Origin: Octopus sinensis
Lineage: Eukaryota
DNA length: 64,000 nucleotides
Direction of reading: 5' to 3'
Assembly (NCBI RefSeq): GCF_006345805.1
Contig: NC_042997.1
Span: 88,164,001-88,228,000, forward strand
The position numbers were made by a program, and so were the translations under genes. Below are positions 53,270 to 64,000 of the stretch, piece after piece (the first letter of the stretch is position 1; each line of letters starts with the position of its first letter). The notes under the pieces were generated by a model, which was not told the origin of the DNA, searched no databases, and saw only the letters and a list, made by a program, of their open reading frames with translations.

Positions 53270-54165
53270 CTATCTTGGAGGTCAGTATAGACTTGAACTC
53301 AAAGCTGGAGATTACTTAATTGCATTATTGTTATAGGAAAAGAGATACATTGGACAGTAGACTTAATTTGTTATCTAGTTTAACACCATCACCACCATCA
53401 ATAACAACAACAGGCCCTTAGGTGCTTTTTAGTGGAATCTACTTTGTTGCAAGCATTCATATCAGGTCTCCAGTCTGAAGATAACTCAATATCCTATTAT
53501 ATTGCTTTCTACTGCAATAATCTATGAGTCATGGTTTCTTCTTCCTTTCCCCTCACTAGTCTCAGAGGTCCTAGAAAGGTGATAGACTCTGTCCTTCTTC
53601 AAACTAAACCATAAAGTTTAAAGCTGTATTTATAATAAAAAGCAGAATGTTTATAATAAATTTTCACTTTAAGTGTTCATTTAAATGTTTTGAATAACCA
53701 CGTCAGCTTGAAGATGATAGTGAAAGCTTGAAGATTTATAGTGAAAGAAGAAATGGAGGTTAAAAAGTATTGGGAAACACAGCAGAATCTCACTTTCATG
53801 TTGTACAAGAATTAAAAAATAAAGTATTGCAAAATATTGCCTTATGTTGGTTGTGCAAGATCCACAGATAAATTTAAGAGTGTGTGTATGTGCATGTGTA
53901 TGTATCATGTTTGTATGTGTAAGGGCAGATGGCGTAGTGGTTAGGGTATTGCACTCATGATCGCATGATTGTGGATTCAATTCCTGGACTAGGCAGTGCA
54001 TTGTACTCTGTGATCACCTCAACATCTGACATGTGGCACATTGTACGTCTGTACAGGCAATGTTGATTTGATGGAGGCACTAAGCTTATGTACAGCACAA
54101 GCATTCTATCACTATAAACAAACCATCTGTACAGGTTGTTCAAAAAATTGCAGAACTTCAGGGAC

Positions 54166-54209
<44 letters not shown>

Positions 54210-54210
<1 letters not shown>

Positions 54211-54555
54211 GCAGTAAGCACCATTCATGCATGGGTCGTTGTGCCACCTGTCTGGCTCCCCATGCTGGTGGCACGTAAAAAGCACCATCCTAACGTGATT
54301 AATGCCAGCCCCCTGCCCCAACTGGCTCCTGTGCCAGTGGAATGTAAAAAGCACTATCTGAACGTGGCTGATACCAGTGCCACCTGACTGGCTCCCATGC
54401 CATTGGCACATAAAAAGTATCCACTACACTCTTTGAGTGGTTGGCATTAGGAAGGACATCCAACTGTAGAAACATTGCCAGATCAGATTGGAGCCAGTCA
54501 AACCGTCCAATCCATGCCAGCATGGAAAGCAGGCATTAAACGATGATGATGATGA
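54210..54555 (+). mobile_element. RTE 3'-tail element; related fragments at about 4040, 10085, 31740(-), 33540, 38540, 43740(-), 52670(-), 56730 and 57170(-)
   Basis: gcacgtaaaaagcacc repeats plus tggttggcattaggaaggacatcc...catgccagcatggaaagcaggcattaaacgatgatgatg. Confidence 0.85.
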
Positions 54556-54709
54556 CACACACACATTATTGTTTTAGTGTCCATTTTTCCAAGCTTGCAT
54601 TGGTGGGTCACACAAAATTCATTGAGGCAGATTTTCTAGAGCTGAATGCTCTTCCTGTTGTCAACCTTCACCTGGTTCCAAATCTAAGAATTCAGAAAAA
54701 CCTATTCAC

Positions 54710-54812
54710 TTGTATATTTGTCAACAGAGTAGGTATTTTAATTAAATAATACAGTATTGTAGATCCATTGTAGCCAATCTTATCAATCAGCATTGAACTG
54801 GGTATCAAATAT
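54710..54812 (-). CDS. Predicted exon 6 (103 nt)
   Basis: tgttgttatctaatatccag|...ATACAA|gtgaat. Open in the phase-2 frame set by exon 5: (R)YLIPSSMLIDKIGYNGSTILYYLIKIPTLLTNIQ. Confidence 0.6.
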
Positions 54813-55217
54813 CTGGATATTAGATAACAACATAGTTAAGTAAGACCACATACTCCTCAGAGATTTATTTTTCTTCCATATCTTCCATCTCTGAAGAGTA
54901 CATGGCATTATTTAACTCTGCTGCTGTTATCTCCCTATGTGAGAGCAATTTGTAAGATCAGAGGATATAGACCTATAATATTGTATACTATGATTAACAT
55001 ATGTATATTCCTTTACTTATTTCAGTCATTTGACTGTGGCCATGCTGGATACCGCCTTTAGTCAAACAAATCGACCCGAGGACTTATTCTTTGTAAGTCT
55101 AGTACTTATTCTATTGGTCTCTTTTGCCAAACCACTAAGTTATGGGGACATAAACACACCAACATTGGTTGTCAGCTAATGGTGGTGGGGACAAACACAG
55201 ACACACAAATACATCTG

Positions 55218-55293
<76 letters not shown>

Positions 55294-55493
55294 TATATAT
55301 ACGATAGGCTTCTTTCAAAGCTATAATAGAAGACACTTGTCCAAGGTGCCACGCCACGCAGGAGGAGTGAACCCAGAACCATGTAGTTGGGAAGCAAACT
55401 TCTTACCACACAGCCACTCTGTACCTATATATATATATATATATATATATTGGTTTGGCCTATGCTTGCTTTTTTCCACTATTTCAATGTCAC

Positions 55494-55551
55494 CTGATCG
55501 AGAAGTGGAGGTACGTAGCATTTGATAAATCTATTTTAGTGGAAGTTGACA
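55494..55551 (-). CDS. Predicted exon 5 (58 nt)
   Basis: ttccatgtctttcgtcag|...CGATCAG|gtgaca. Only one frame is open and it is the one exon 4 requires: (L)STSTKIDLSNATYLHFSI+AG. CpGs are retained. Confidence 0.65.
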
Positions 55552-56227
55552 CTGACGAAAGACATGGAATTTATATTTTATTATATTCCTAATCTAGAAA
55601 CGCGTTCGTAAATAACCGTTAGACTTTGTTTTCGTTATTTCTTCCTTCTGTTTTGCATATGTAAATTACAAGGATATGTCATATGTGGAGTCTCATTTGT
55701 AGAAAATAGAAATAAACAGTCTTTGACTGCTATTTCTAATTTTTTCAGTATGTGGCTAAGCAACTTGTTGCCTGCCTCTTTTATTTATATACTATATATG
55801 TATATGACAGGCTATCAAATTCATTCACAAAACTTTGGTTGACCCAGAGCTACAGAAGACACTTGCTCTACATAGCATATTCTAAAACTGCAACAACATA
55901 GAGATTAGCACCTAATTTCTACAGTTGTCACCTACACTTTCCTTTTCTCTACCTCCCCTACTTAGAACCCCTTGACACTGGTTTTTCATAATATTCACTG
56001 CCTTGTCCATTCCCTGTTTGTAACCACTTCTCACTCCCCCTTTACACACTTGCATAAATTTGCAGTATTGTTCTTTATTGACATAACTAAACCAATTTAA
56101 TATAGATATATGATTATTTCACAATAGAAGAGAAATTATATTTAATTTTTATTTATTTAGTAATTATATATATATTGAAATCTAAGAAATCTTGCTATCT
56201 TGTTTTTAGCAGGATTGATTAACTTAC

Positions 56228-56253
56228 ATTTAGCACTAATAGAGAAATTGACT
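56228..56253 (-). CDS. Predicted micro-exon 4 (26 nt)
   Basis: tttctcttttcaaacag|AGTCAATTTCTCTATTAGTGCTAAAT|gtaagt, near-consensus signals on both sides; reads (R)VNFSISAK+T, phase 2 to 1. Confidence 0.65.
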
Positions 56254-56390
56254 CTGTTTGAAAAGAGAAATTAATGTCATTTGAGAAAATTAATTGTTTA
56301 TATGAGAAATTATCAATAGTATTTCAAAATGACAATGGATTAAATGAATGTTTAAAAATGCTTGGTTATTGCATTCTTCAAAATGCTTAC

Positions 56391-56407
56391 CTCATAATAA
56401 TGTACTT
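56391..56407 (-). CDS. Predicted micro-exon 3 (17 nt)
   Basis: tttttatttatatttaaacagttag|AAGTACATTATTATGAG|gtaagc; reads KYIIM+AG, phase 0 to 2. Confidence 0.55.
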
Positions 56408-57058
56408 CTAACTGTTTAAATATAAATAAAAAATATTACGTATGCATTAACATAACAACCATTTCTATCTCTATTTTTTGTTGTATTTGTTTTTTTTTTG
56501 TTTTTGTTTTTTGTTTATGTCCATAGACGTATTCATGGCTCTATGGTTGAGAAGCATGCTTCCCAATCATGTAGTCTTAAGTTTAGTCCCACTGCACAGC
56601 ACCTTTGACAAGTGTTTTCTATTTTTGCCTCAGGCCAATTAAAGCCTTGTGAGTGGATTTGGTTGACATGGTGAAAGAAGCCTGTCATGTTTGTGTGTGT
56701 GTGTGTGTGTGTGTATGTAAGGCTGTTTGTTTCCAGTCTTCCTTGAAAAATCTGTCTGATCATAAGGAAATATTATCTTGGTTGTAAACGGAAAAGTTGT
56801 CAGCAGGAAAGGCATCCAGATGTTGTAAATCTGCAACAAATTTTGTCTGACCCATGCAAGCACGGAGAAGTGGGTGTTAAATGTTGATAAGAATGATGTA
56901 TGTATATTGATTATTCTGTGCATACATTCTCCATTTTCTTTGCTTTGTTAAAATTTTTCTCTTGTATCCAAAAGATGAAAACATCTATAGCGAAAACTGT
57001 GACTTCAAGAGTGTAAGGTAATAATTATCAAAGAAAAACCAACGATAAGTACTAGTAC

Positions 57059-57131
57059 ATATGCATATGTAGAATTCCAAGTATCATTAATAGATATAGA
57101 GCTAAACTGGTGTACACTTGGATGAATATCC
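57059..57131 (-). CDS. Predicted exon 2 (73 nt)
   Basis: Acceptor ttgttctttcctag|G. Reads (W)DIHPSVHQFSSISINDTWNSTYAY with sequons NDT and NST. The donor TAT|gtacta is weak, so the 3' boundary is uncertain. Confidence 0.5.
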
Positions 57132-57429
57132 CTAGGAAAGAACAACCTCTTTCCACACACACATACACACATATCAACCATCATCATTTAAAGTCTGCTT
57201 TCCATGCTGGAATGGGTTGGACAGTTTGACATGGAGCTAGCCAGACTCTAACTGTCTGTTGTGGCAATTGGAGCTGGACAGCTCCCAGATGGCCTACTCA
57301 ATGTATATATATCAATTGTCAGTATACATATTTTTTTGTAATAAGGATGACATTGACTTTCAATCCATCTAAGCAAGCAATATGCTCAATTATGTTGAAA
57401 TTGACAACAGCAACTCAGCCAACTCATAC

Positions 57430-57515
57430 CAGTATGGCAAACAAACATAGAATAATAATGATGACCACAACAGTGACAGCAATAACTGTAATAATATATA
57501 AGCATGTATTTTCAT
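57430..57515 (-). CDS. Predicted exon 1 of a small-exon gene (secreted/surface glycoprotein); signal-peptide-like
   Basis: ATG at 57515 reads MKIHAYILLQLLLSLLWSSLLFYVCLPY+TG, then donor TG|gtatga. It ends in phase 2, matching exon 2. Caveat: part of it overlaps decayed ATC/AAT-type low-complexity DNA, which easily encodes hydrophobic residues. Confidence 0.45.
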
Positions 57516-57591
57516 TCATGCCATATTGCTTTCTATAATTCATTCTTAATTTGACTTTGATTAGTAACAAACATTCTCTCTATTTTCAACA

Positions 57592-58070
57592 CCAATCGTC
57601 CCCCGCCCCCAAATCCCCAAATCTCTATATAAACCAGCGTTTGCTCTGTCCTTGCCTCTACTCAATTCTCACTGCTTTGCTTTGGATGATAAACTCGGAT
57701 CTCAGAAATGTGCAGCTAAGATATTTTGACTCTAACCTTAGTTCATTACCATTAGGCGCTGATCTAACCCTAATATCTTCTCCCCACTCTATTATCTATC
57801 TCTCTATCTTCTTCCTCTCTATATTTTTTTATCTCTCTGTCTTGTAAACATGATGCCGCTAGCTTCCTATTTGTCTTTTTCAGTACATTTTCTATATTCC
57901 TCCTTTATTTCAGGGTATTCCTTTTCTCCCAAAATTCCCTAAAATAATTTCGGCATTTGCTGTTTTGCAGTACGCCCGCCCTCCCACCCCCTCCACCAAA
58001 ACCGGAAGTTAGTACCTCAGTCTACTTGTGCTTCCCCCCTCCTGCAGACACTCCCACGCCCCCATAGTAG
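57592..58070. promoter_or_regulatory. CpG-retaining promoter-like block between the predicted gene start (-) and the RTE ORF (+)
   Basis: CCAAT at 57592, CCCCGCCCC at 57601, TATATAAA at 57626, ETS-type ACCGGAAGT near 58001, CACGCCCC near 58055; many CpGs in otherwise CpG-poor DNA. It may instead be the LINE 5' UTR. Confidence 0.4.
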
Positions 58071-58099
58071 GTATATTCGATCATATAGCACAAAAACTG

Positions 58100-61000
58100 T
58101 AGTGTATGAAGGTTGTAGTCTAGTGTTTCTTTATGAAATCTGCCAATCGCAAGTCTTCTTTACAGGTACATGACACTTCTGTCCCCCATCCCAGGGTCCC
58201 ACAGGCCCACACCTCTCACACCCTCAGAGTTGGCACACTCAATGTTGGCACATTGAAAGGTAGGTCTGGTGAGATTGTCGAGCTGCTTGAACGGAGACGT
58301 GTGGATTTGTGCTGCATCCAAGAAGTGAGGTGGAGAGGAGGTTCCACTAGGTTCCTCACAGGCAAGGAACACAGGTACAAGATTTTCAGGGCAGGGAACA
58401 CTGACAGGGTCGGAGGCGTGGGTATACTTCTTGCAGAGAAATGGGTTGATAAGGTAGTCGAGGTAGTCAGAGTATGTGACAGAATACTTAAGATTAGACT
58501 AGTGCTTTATCATAGGTCAGCAACCATTATCTCGGCATATGCCCCTCAGCCGGGGCTACCAGAAAGACAGAAAGACTGATTCTATGACACCCTATTACAG
58601 ACTACCTCATTGACAAATGACAGTGACCTTCCCTTTGTGGCAGGTGACTTCAATGGACATGTTGGACGGCATGTCGGGGGCTTCCATGGCATACACGGGG
58701 GCTACGGTTTTGGTTCTCGCAATGAGGAGGGAACCAGGCTGCTGGAGTTCTGCGATGCAAATGACCTTATGATTTGCAATACCAGCTTCAGGAAAACCAC
58801 CTCTTACCTAGTCACCAACCGTTCTGGCAGTCACACTAGCCAGATCGACTACATCCTCACCAGAAAGAGGGAAAGAAGGCTGCTTATAAATGCCAAAACC
58901 TTCCCAGGCGAGGAATGTACTCCTCAACATAGATTAGTAGTTAGCGACTTCAGGATCAGGGTCAAATGGCTGCAAAGAAGAAGACCAGCTTGGAGGAGAA
59001 GAGTCTGGAAACTTAAAGATCCTGTAAATGGACAGAGATTTAGAGAAGTTCTACTCGAAGCTTTCGATGAAATAGAAGGGGATATAGCATCACATAATGT
59101 GGAAGCCAACTGGAGGTTTCTACGGGACAATCTGCTGAGAGCCACTGACCAGATCTGTGGATGGAGCAAAGTCCCATCTCGTCCCAGGGTAACGTGGTGG
59201 TGGAACAATGTTGGTGACAGGGCTATTAGAGACAAGAGACAGGCTTGGAAGGACTGGAGGAAAGGCAGTTGTAGGGAATTGTATCAGACTGCAAACAGAG
59301 AAGCTAGGAGACAGGTATATTTAGCTAGAGGGGAAGCAGATAAGAAAAAATTTGCCAATGTTCTGCGCCGTGAGGACCAAAGACTTGTGGTGTTTCGTGT
59401 TGCAAGACAGTGTGTGAGAGAGAATCGTGATGTGGTAAGAGAGAAATGTGTTCACATGGATGATGGTTCACTTGCGCTAAATGAGGATGCAAAGAGAGAG
59501 GTTTGGAGATGCCACTATGAAAGGTTGCTCAACAAAGAGAATAAATGGGATAAAGAGAGTCTGCCGAATGTCGACCCAATAGAGGGACCAGCTATCCGAG
59601 TTGACAGTTCCATGGTAGTTAAGGCAATTGGAAGCATGAAGACAGGGAAAGCCCCAGGCCCATCAGGAATTACTGCTGAGATGCTCAAAATATCTGGCAG
59701 TGTCGGCTATAGCCTAGTCACCTGTATAGTTAACCAGGTGATACACGAAGGAGTCATACCCAATGACTGGTGTAGTAGCATAATAGTCAACTGCTACAAA
59801 GGTAAAGGTGACGCCCTAGATACAAGTAATTACAGAGGTATTAAGCTGTTGGACCAGGTAATGAAGGTTACGGAAAGGGTCATAGCCCAAATGATTAGAG
59901 AGAGAGTCAACCTAGATGAGATGCAGTTTAGTTTTGTGCCAGGGAAAAGCACCACTGATGCCATATTTCTGGTGAGACAGCTGCAGGAGAAATACCTAGC
60001 CAAAGATAAAACTCTGTACCTGGCTTTCGTTGACTTAGAGAAAGCCTCTGACAGGGACCCCTGATCCCTTATCTGGTGGTCAATGAGGAAACTAGGGATA
60101 GATGAATGATTAGTGAGAGCTGTGCGTGCCATGTACAGGGACGCTGTTAGTAAGGTGAGGGTTGGTAACGAGTACAGTGAAGAATTCCGGGTGGAGGTTG
60201 GGGTCCACCAAGGCTCAGTCCTCAGCCTCTCCTATTTATCATAGTCCTCCAGGCAATAACGGAGGAATTCAAGACAGGATGCTCCTGGGAGCTCCTCTAT
60301 GCTGACGACCTTGCTCTAATTGCTGAATAAGTAGGAAGGTAGACAAATCTCAAACGCCTTCAGGTAGATGGCCCTGCTCGATCTGTAGAAAAGGCGTAGG
60401 TAGGAACTCTATAAGATGCACCAAGTGTAAGCTATGGACACATAAGAGGTGCAGCAATGTCAAAGGAAGGCTAACTAGGAAGATAGTTTTTGTATGTGGC
60501 AGATGCTCTGGTTCAATAAAGACTGAAAATGCGCAGAGACCATCTTCCGCCACATTCCAGGGAGAAAAACTTGAAATAGTTGATAGTTTCCGTTACCTAG
60601 GTGACCAAGTCAGTAGCGGGGGTGGGTGTGCCAAAAGTGTAACTGCTAGAGTAAGAATAGCCTGGGCAAAGTTCAGAGAGCTCTTACCTCTGCTGGTGAC
60701 AAAAGGCCTCACGCTCAGAGTAAAAGGCAGACTGTATGACGCATGTGTGCAAACAGCCATGCTACATGGCAGTGAAACATGGGCCATGACTGCTGAGGAT
60801 ATGCGTAAGCTCGCAAGAAATGAAGCCAGTATGCTCCGTTGGATGTGTAATGTCAGTGTTCATACCCGACAGAGTGTAAGTGCCTTGAGAGAAAAGTTGG
60901 ACCTAAGAAGCATCAGATGTGGTGTGCAAGAGAGACGTCTACGCTGGTATGGACACGTAGTAAGAATGGATGAAGATAGTTGTGTGAAAAAGTGCCACAC

Positions 61001-61709
61001 CCTAGCGGTTGAGGGAACCTGTGGAAGAGGTAGATCCAGGAAAACCTGGGACAAGGTGGTGAAGAACGGCCTTTGCGCTTTAGGTCTCACCGAGGAAATG
61101 ACCAGAGACTGAGACCTTTGGAAGTATGCTGTGCACGAGAAGACCTGGCAGGACACGTGAGGCCATAACCCATGGTCCCTACCTGGGACGTAGTCTCCAC
61201 CTGTGCATACCTTCCTTCTTGGGACACATAACTATACTTGTGAAGACCTGTTGAGGCAAGTGAAAATCAAATCACATCAAAATCGATGAACATCAATGGA
61301 ATTTGTATTTTTGTGGCACATAAGAAAACCATCCGAACGTGGCCATAGCCAGTATCGCATTGACTGGCCTCCGTGCTGTGGGCATGTAACAAACACCATT
61401 CGATCGTGGCCGTGCCAGCCTCGCCTGGCCTCCGTGCCGGTGGCACGCCTCCGGCCTCCGTGGCCGGTGGCACAAAAAACACCATCCGAGCGTGGCCGTT
61501 TGCCAGCCTCGTCTGGCACCTGTGTCGGTGGCACATAAAAAGCACCCACTACGCTCACGGAGTGGTTGGCGTTAGGAAGGGCATCCAGCTGTAGAAACTC
61601 TGCCAGATCTGACTGGCCTGGTGCAGCCTTCGGGCTTCCCAGACCCCAGTTGAACGGTCCAACCCATGCTAGCATGGAAAGCGGACGTTAAACGATGATG
61701 ATGATGATG
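58100..61709 (+). mobile_element. RTE-clade non-LTR retrotransposon, near full length, disabled
   Basis: APE endonuclease (LRVGTLNVGTL, DLCCIQEVRW, AGDFNGHVG, QIDYILT) and RT (GKAPGPSG, YRGIKLL, FVDLEKA, HQGSVLS, YADD at 60298). C4HC3 Cys cluster at 60375-60506, GC-rich repeated 3' UTR, (GAT)n tail. In-frame TGA stops at 58577 and 60062; a deletion of about 94 bp after YADD relative to the other copy. Confidence 0.97.
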
Positions 61710-63030
61710 TTATCCCATGTCAAGAAATCAGCATCTGTACGATATTTTGATTGTATATTTCATGGAAAATATCTGAAAATGGGCAACATAAAAAAATGGA
61801 GAAATGTTCTGTAGAATTTCAGCTTCTAATATATTACATCACTCAAAAAGGTGGCGAGCTGGCAAAATTGTTAGTATACCAGGCGAAATGCTTAGCAGTA
61901 TTTCATCTGTCTTTATATTCTGAGTTCGAATTTCACTGAAGTTAACTTTGCCTTTCATTTTTTTGGGGATTGATGTAACTGACTTACCTCAACCCTCAAA
62001 CTAGCTGGCCTTGTGCCAAAATTTGAAATTAATATATTATGTCACTCAGTGTTACTCGGTTTTCAGTACTGAGTGTGTTTTTACCTTATTTTTGTTTATA
62101 TCTATGTGCATGAGTGTGTGAATACACACATCCTCACAAACACACATATATGTCACAGTGGTGCAAATATATTTAACACTTCAAGAAATAAACAGAACAT
62201 AAATTTTACAGATTTTTGTGTACTTTTAGATGATGAAAATGGATTTTCCACAATATAATTGCTTCAATTTTATCATGCAATCATTTGCTAGAAAAGTATA
62301 GCTCTATTTATCATTCAACTATGGTAGTAGTTGAACAATATTCTTAAGGCTGCAATTTATTCACATGCAGTACCTTGCAGAGCTTGTCACTAATTCAGTT
62401 CTTAACCAAATTGAAAACTGTTAACATTTTTGAAAAGGACTGGTTCCCAGCTACATTTTGGCATAAAATAATTGAGATTTAACCCAGTAGAAAAAAGTTT
62501 ACATCAAAATTTGTAGCAAAGTTATAGGAGAGTAAGTAATGCCACCAATCAAGTTTAGATCTAAATAACAAAATATATTTATCTTAGCTTCAGTGATAGA
62601 AGAAAGCATGAAGAATTCTATAGTTTTGTTACCTTGCAACAAAAATTTGTATGAAAGAAGTTGTGAGGTAAATATCATGAAAAAAAATATAAGTATAGCA
62701 AAAAATTGGATTTAAGTATAATTAACTTTTTTATTTTAAAAGCAAACTATATTTTAATTAAGCTTAAATGAAAGAGTTCAGTTTCAGGAATTTCATGGTA
62801 TCAATCTCATGCAATGAAGTTTTAAAAGAAAAACGTTATGAGTGTTTGTTTCTTAAATTTGAGGGTGATAATATAGTTCTATGCTTTTTTATGAATATAG
62901 TTCTACAAGGGGACTTTTAATACATATCACTGGTGTCATTGAGGTAAGGAAAAAATCATCAATGACATCACTAATTGATGCATTTGACACATTATTAATT
63001 AGCATAATAGCATAGCCTGGAAAAAACTTG

Positions 63031-63886
63031 GATTACATGGAAAAATGCAAGCAAGAGAAATAATATTCTTAAGATTATAAACCTGGAAAATTACAGGAGA
63101 AGTTATTACACTTGGAAAAGTTCAGGACAAGTTATTACATCTGGTAAAGTACAGAACAAGAAAATTTTTACTTAAAATATTGCAGCTAAGGATAAAATGT
63201 GAATATTAAAAATTATTTGATTTTAATTTACAAAATAACAGTATGATTAAAAAAAGTATCATCATTTTTTTAAAATATTGACACACTAGAATACTTAAAA
63301 ATGAGAGCCAGAAGTACCAATGTAAGTTAAAGTTTTATGCAAAGTAGAGTAGTATATATGGTAGGCAAATGCATTATGTAAAAAATAGGCATTGGGTCAA
63401 GACTAAAAATGTGAAGACTTGGCAATAATGTAAGTGACTCAAGCAAATTTTGCTATGAATTTGTTGTTATAGGTAGATTTTACTGTAATATATAACTAAT
63501 TTTTCTATTTATTGTACTAACTGTGTACTACTACTATTCTTATAACCTATTTTCAAATTTTAAATTGATAATTTTTTTTTTTAAATGAATATCTTTAAAT
63601 GCAAAAAATATTTTGAGTTATTTTTAATAGAAGTAACAATAATAGAAGTAATAACTTGTAATAAAATTTTTAGTTTTAATAAAAGCTAATATTTTCTAAA
63701 TCTAAATATTTTATTTAAAATTTTATTCTTAGCTGCAATATTTTAAGTAAAAATTTTCTTGTTCTGTACTTTACCAGATGTAATAGCTGTCCTAAACATT
63801 TCCAAGTGTAATAACCTGTCCTGTAATTTTCCAGGTTTATAATCTTAAGAATATTATTTTTCTTGCTCACATTTTTCCATGTAATC
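63031..63886. repeat. Long inverted repeat / foldback element
   Basis: Arms 63031-63198 and 63720-63886, about 10 differences in 168 bp by hand; three ~29-bp sub-repeats per arm; AT-rich spacer of about 520 bp; no TSD seen. Confidence 0.92.
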
Positions 63887-64000
63887 TACCTATCTAATAC
63901 ACTCCCACAGAGGAATATACATACATGCATACATACATACATAGATATGCACTTAAGCTTAATAGAGGGTTTCTTAGAGAAATCTGGCTAATGGTCTATC

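Noticed and set aside
56975-57017. Plus-strand exon candidate (ENIYSENCDFKSV, donor gtaata); similar one at about 62901-62943
   Set aside because: Isolated, with no plus-strand chain. Kept as a reminder of the chance rate for such calls.
61300-61545. CRISPR-like short repeats with variable spacers
   Set aside because: They are degenerate tandem units inside the RTE 3' UTR, in eukaryotic DNA with no cas genes.

Overview
This is AT-rich, microsatellite-dense eukaryotic nuclear DNA. The repeat complement suggests a cephalopod, probably Octopus (inference from RTE LINEs with (GAT)n tails, several tRNA-headed SINE families and TTAA MITEs). It is not prokaryotic, and there are no CRISPR arrays or rRNA/tRNA genes. 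Most listed ORFs are translated microsatellites or transposon debris. Mobile DNA: two long, disabled RTE-clade LINEs on + (24859-28377, next to a 100-N gap; about 58100-61709), many RTE-tail fragments and SINEs, relics of pogo/Tigger, CR1-like and Jockey-like elements, mariner derivatives, piggyBac-like and hAT-like MITEs, a non-autonomous Helitron-like element, a long foldback, and Penelope-type repeats carrying minimal hammerhead ribozyme motifs. The main result is a host gene invisible to the ORF track. Eight short minus-strand exons (17-103 nt, 57515 to 52588) splice in frame, by hand, into a 158-aa signal-peptide-bearing sequence with five N-glycosylation sequons. Further micro-exon candidates run down to about 20 kb. 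This gene model is a manual prediction that needs RNA-seq, and the downstream exon joins are unresolved.
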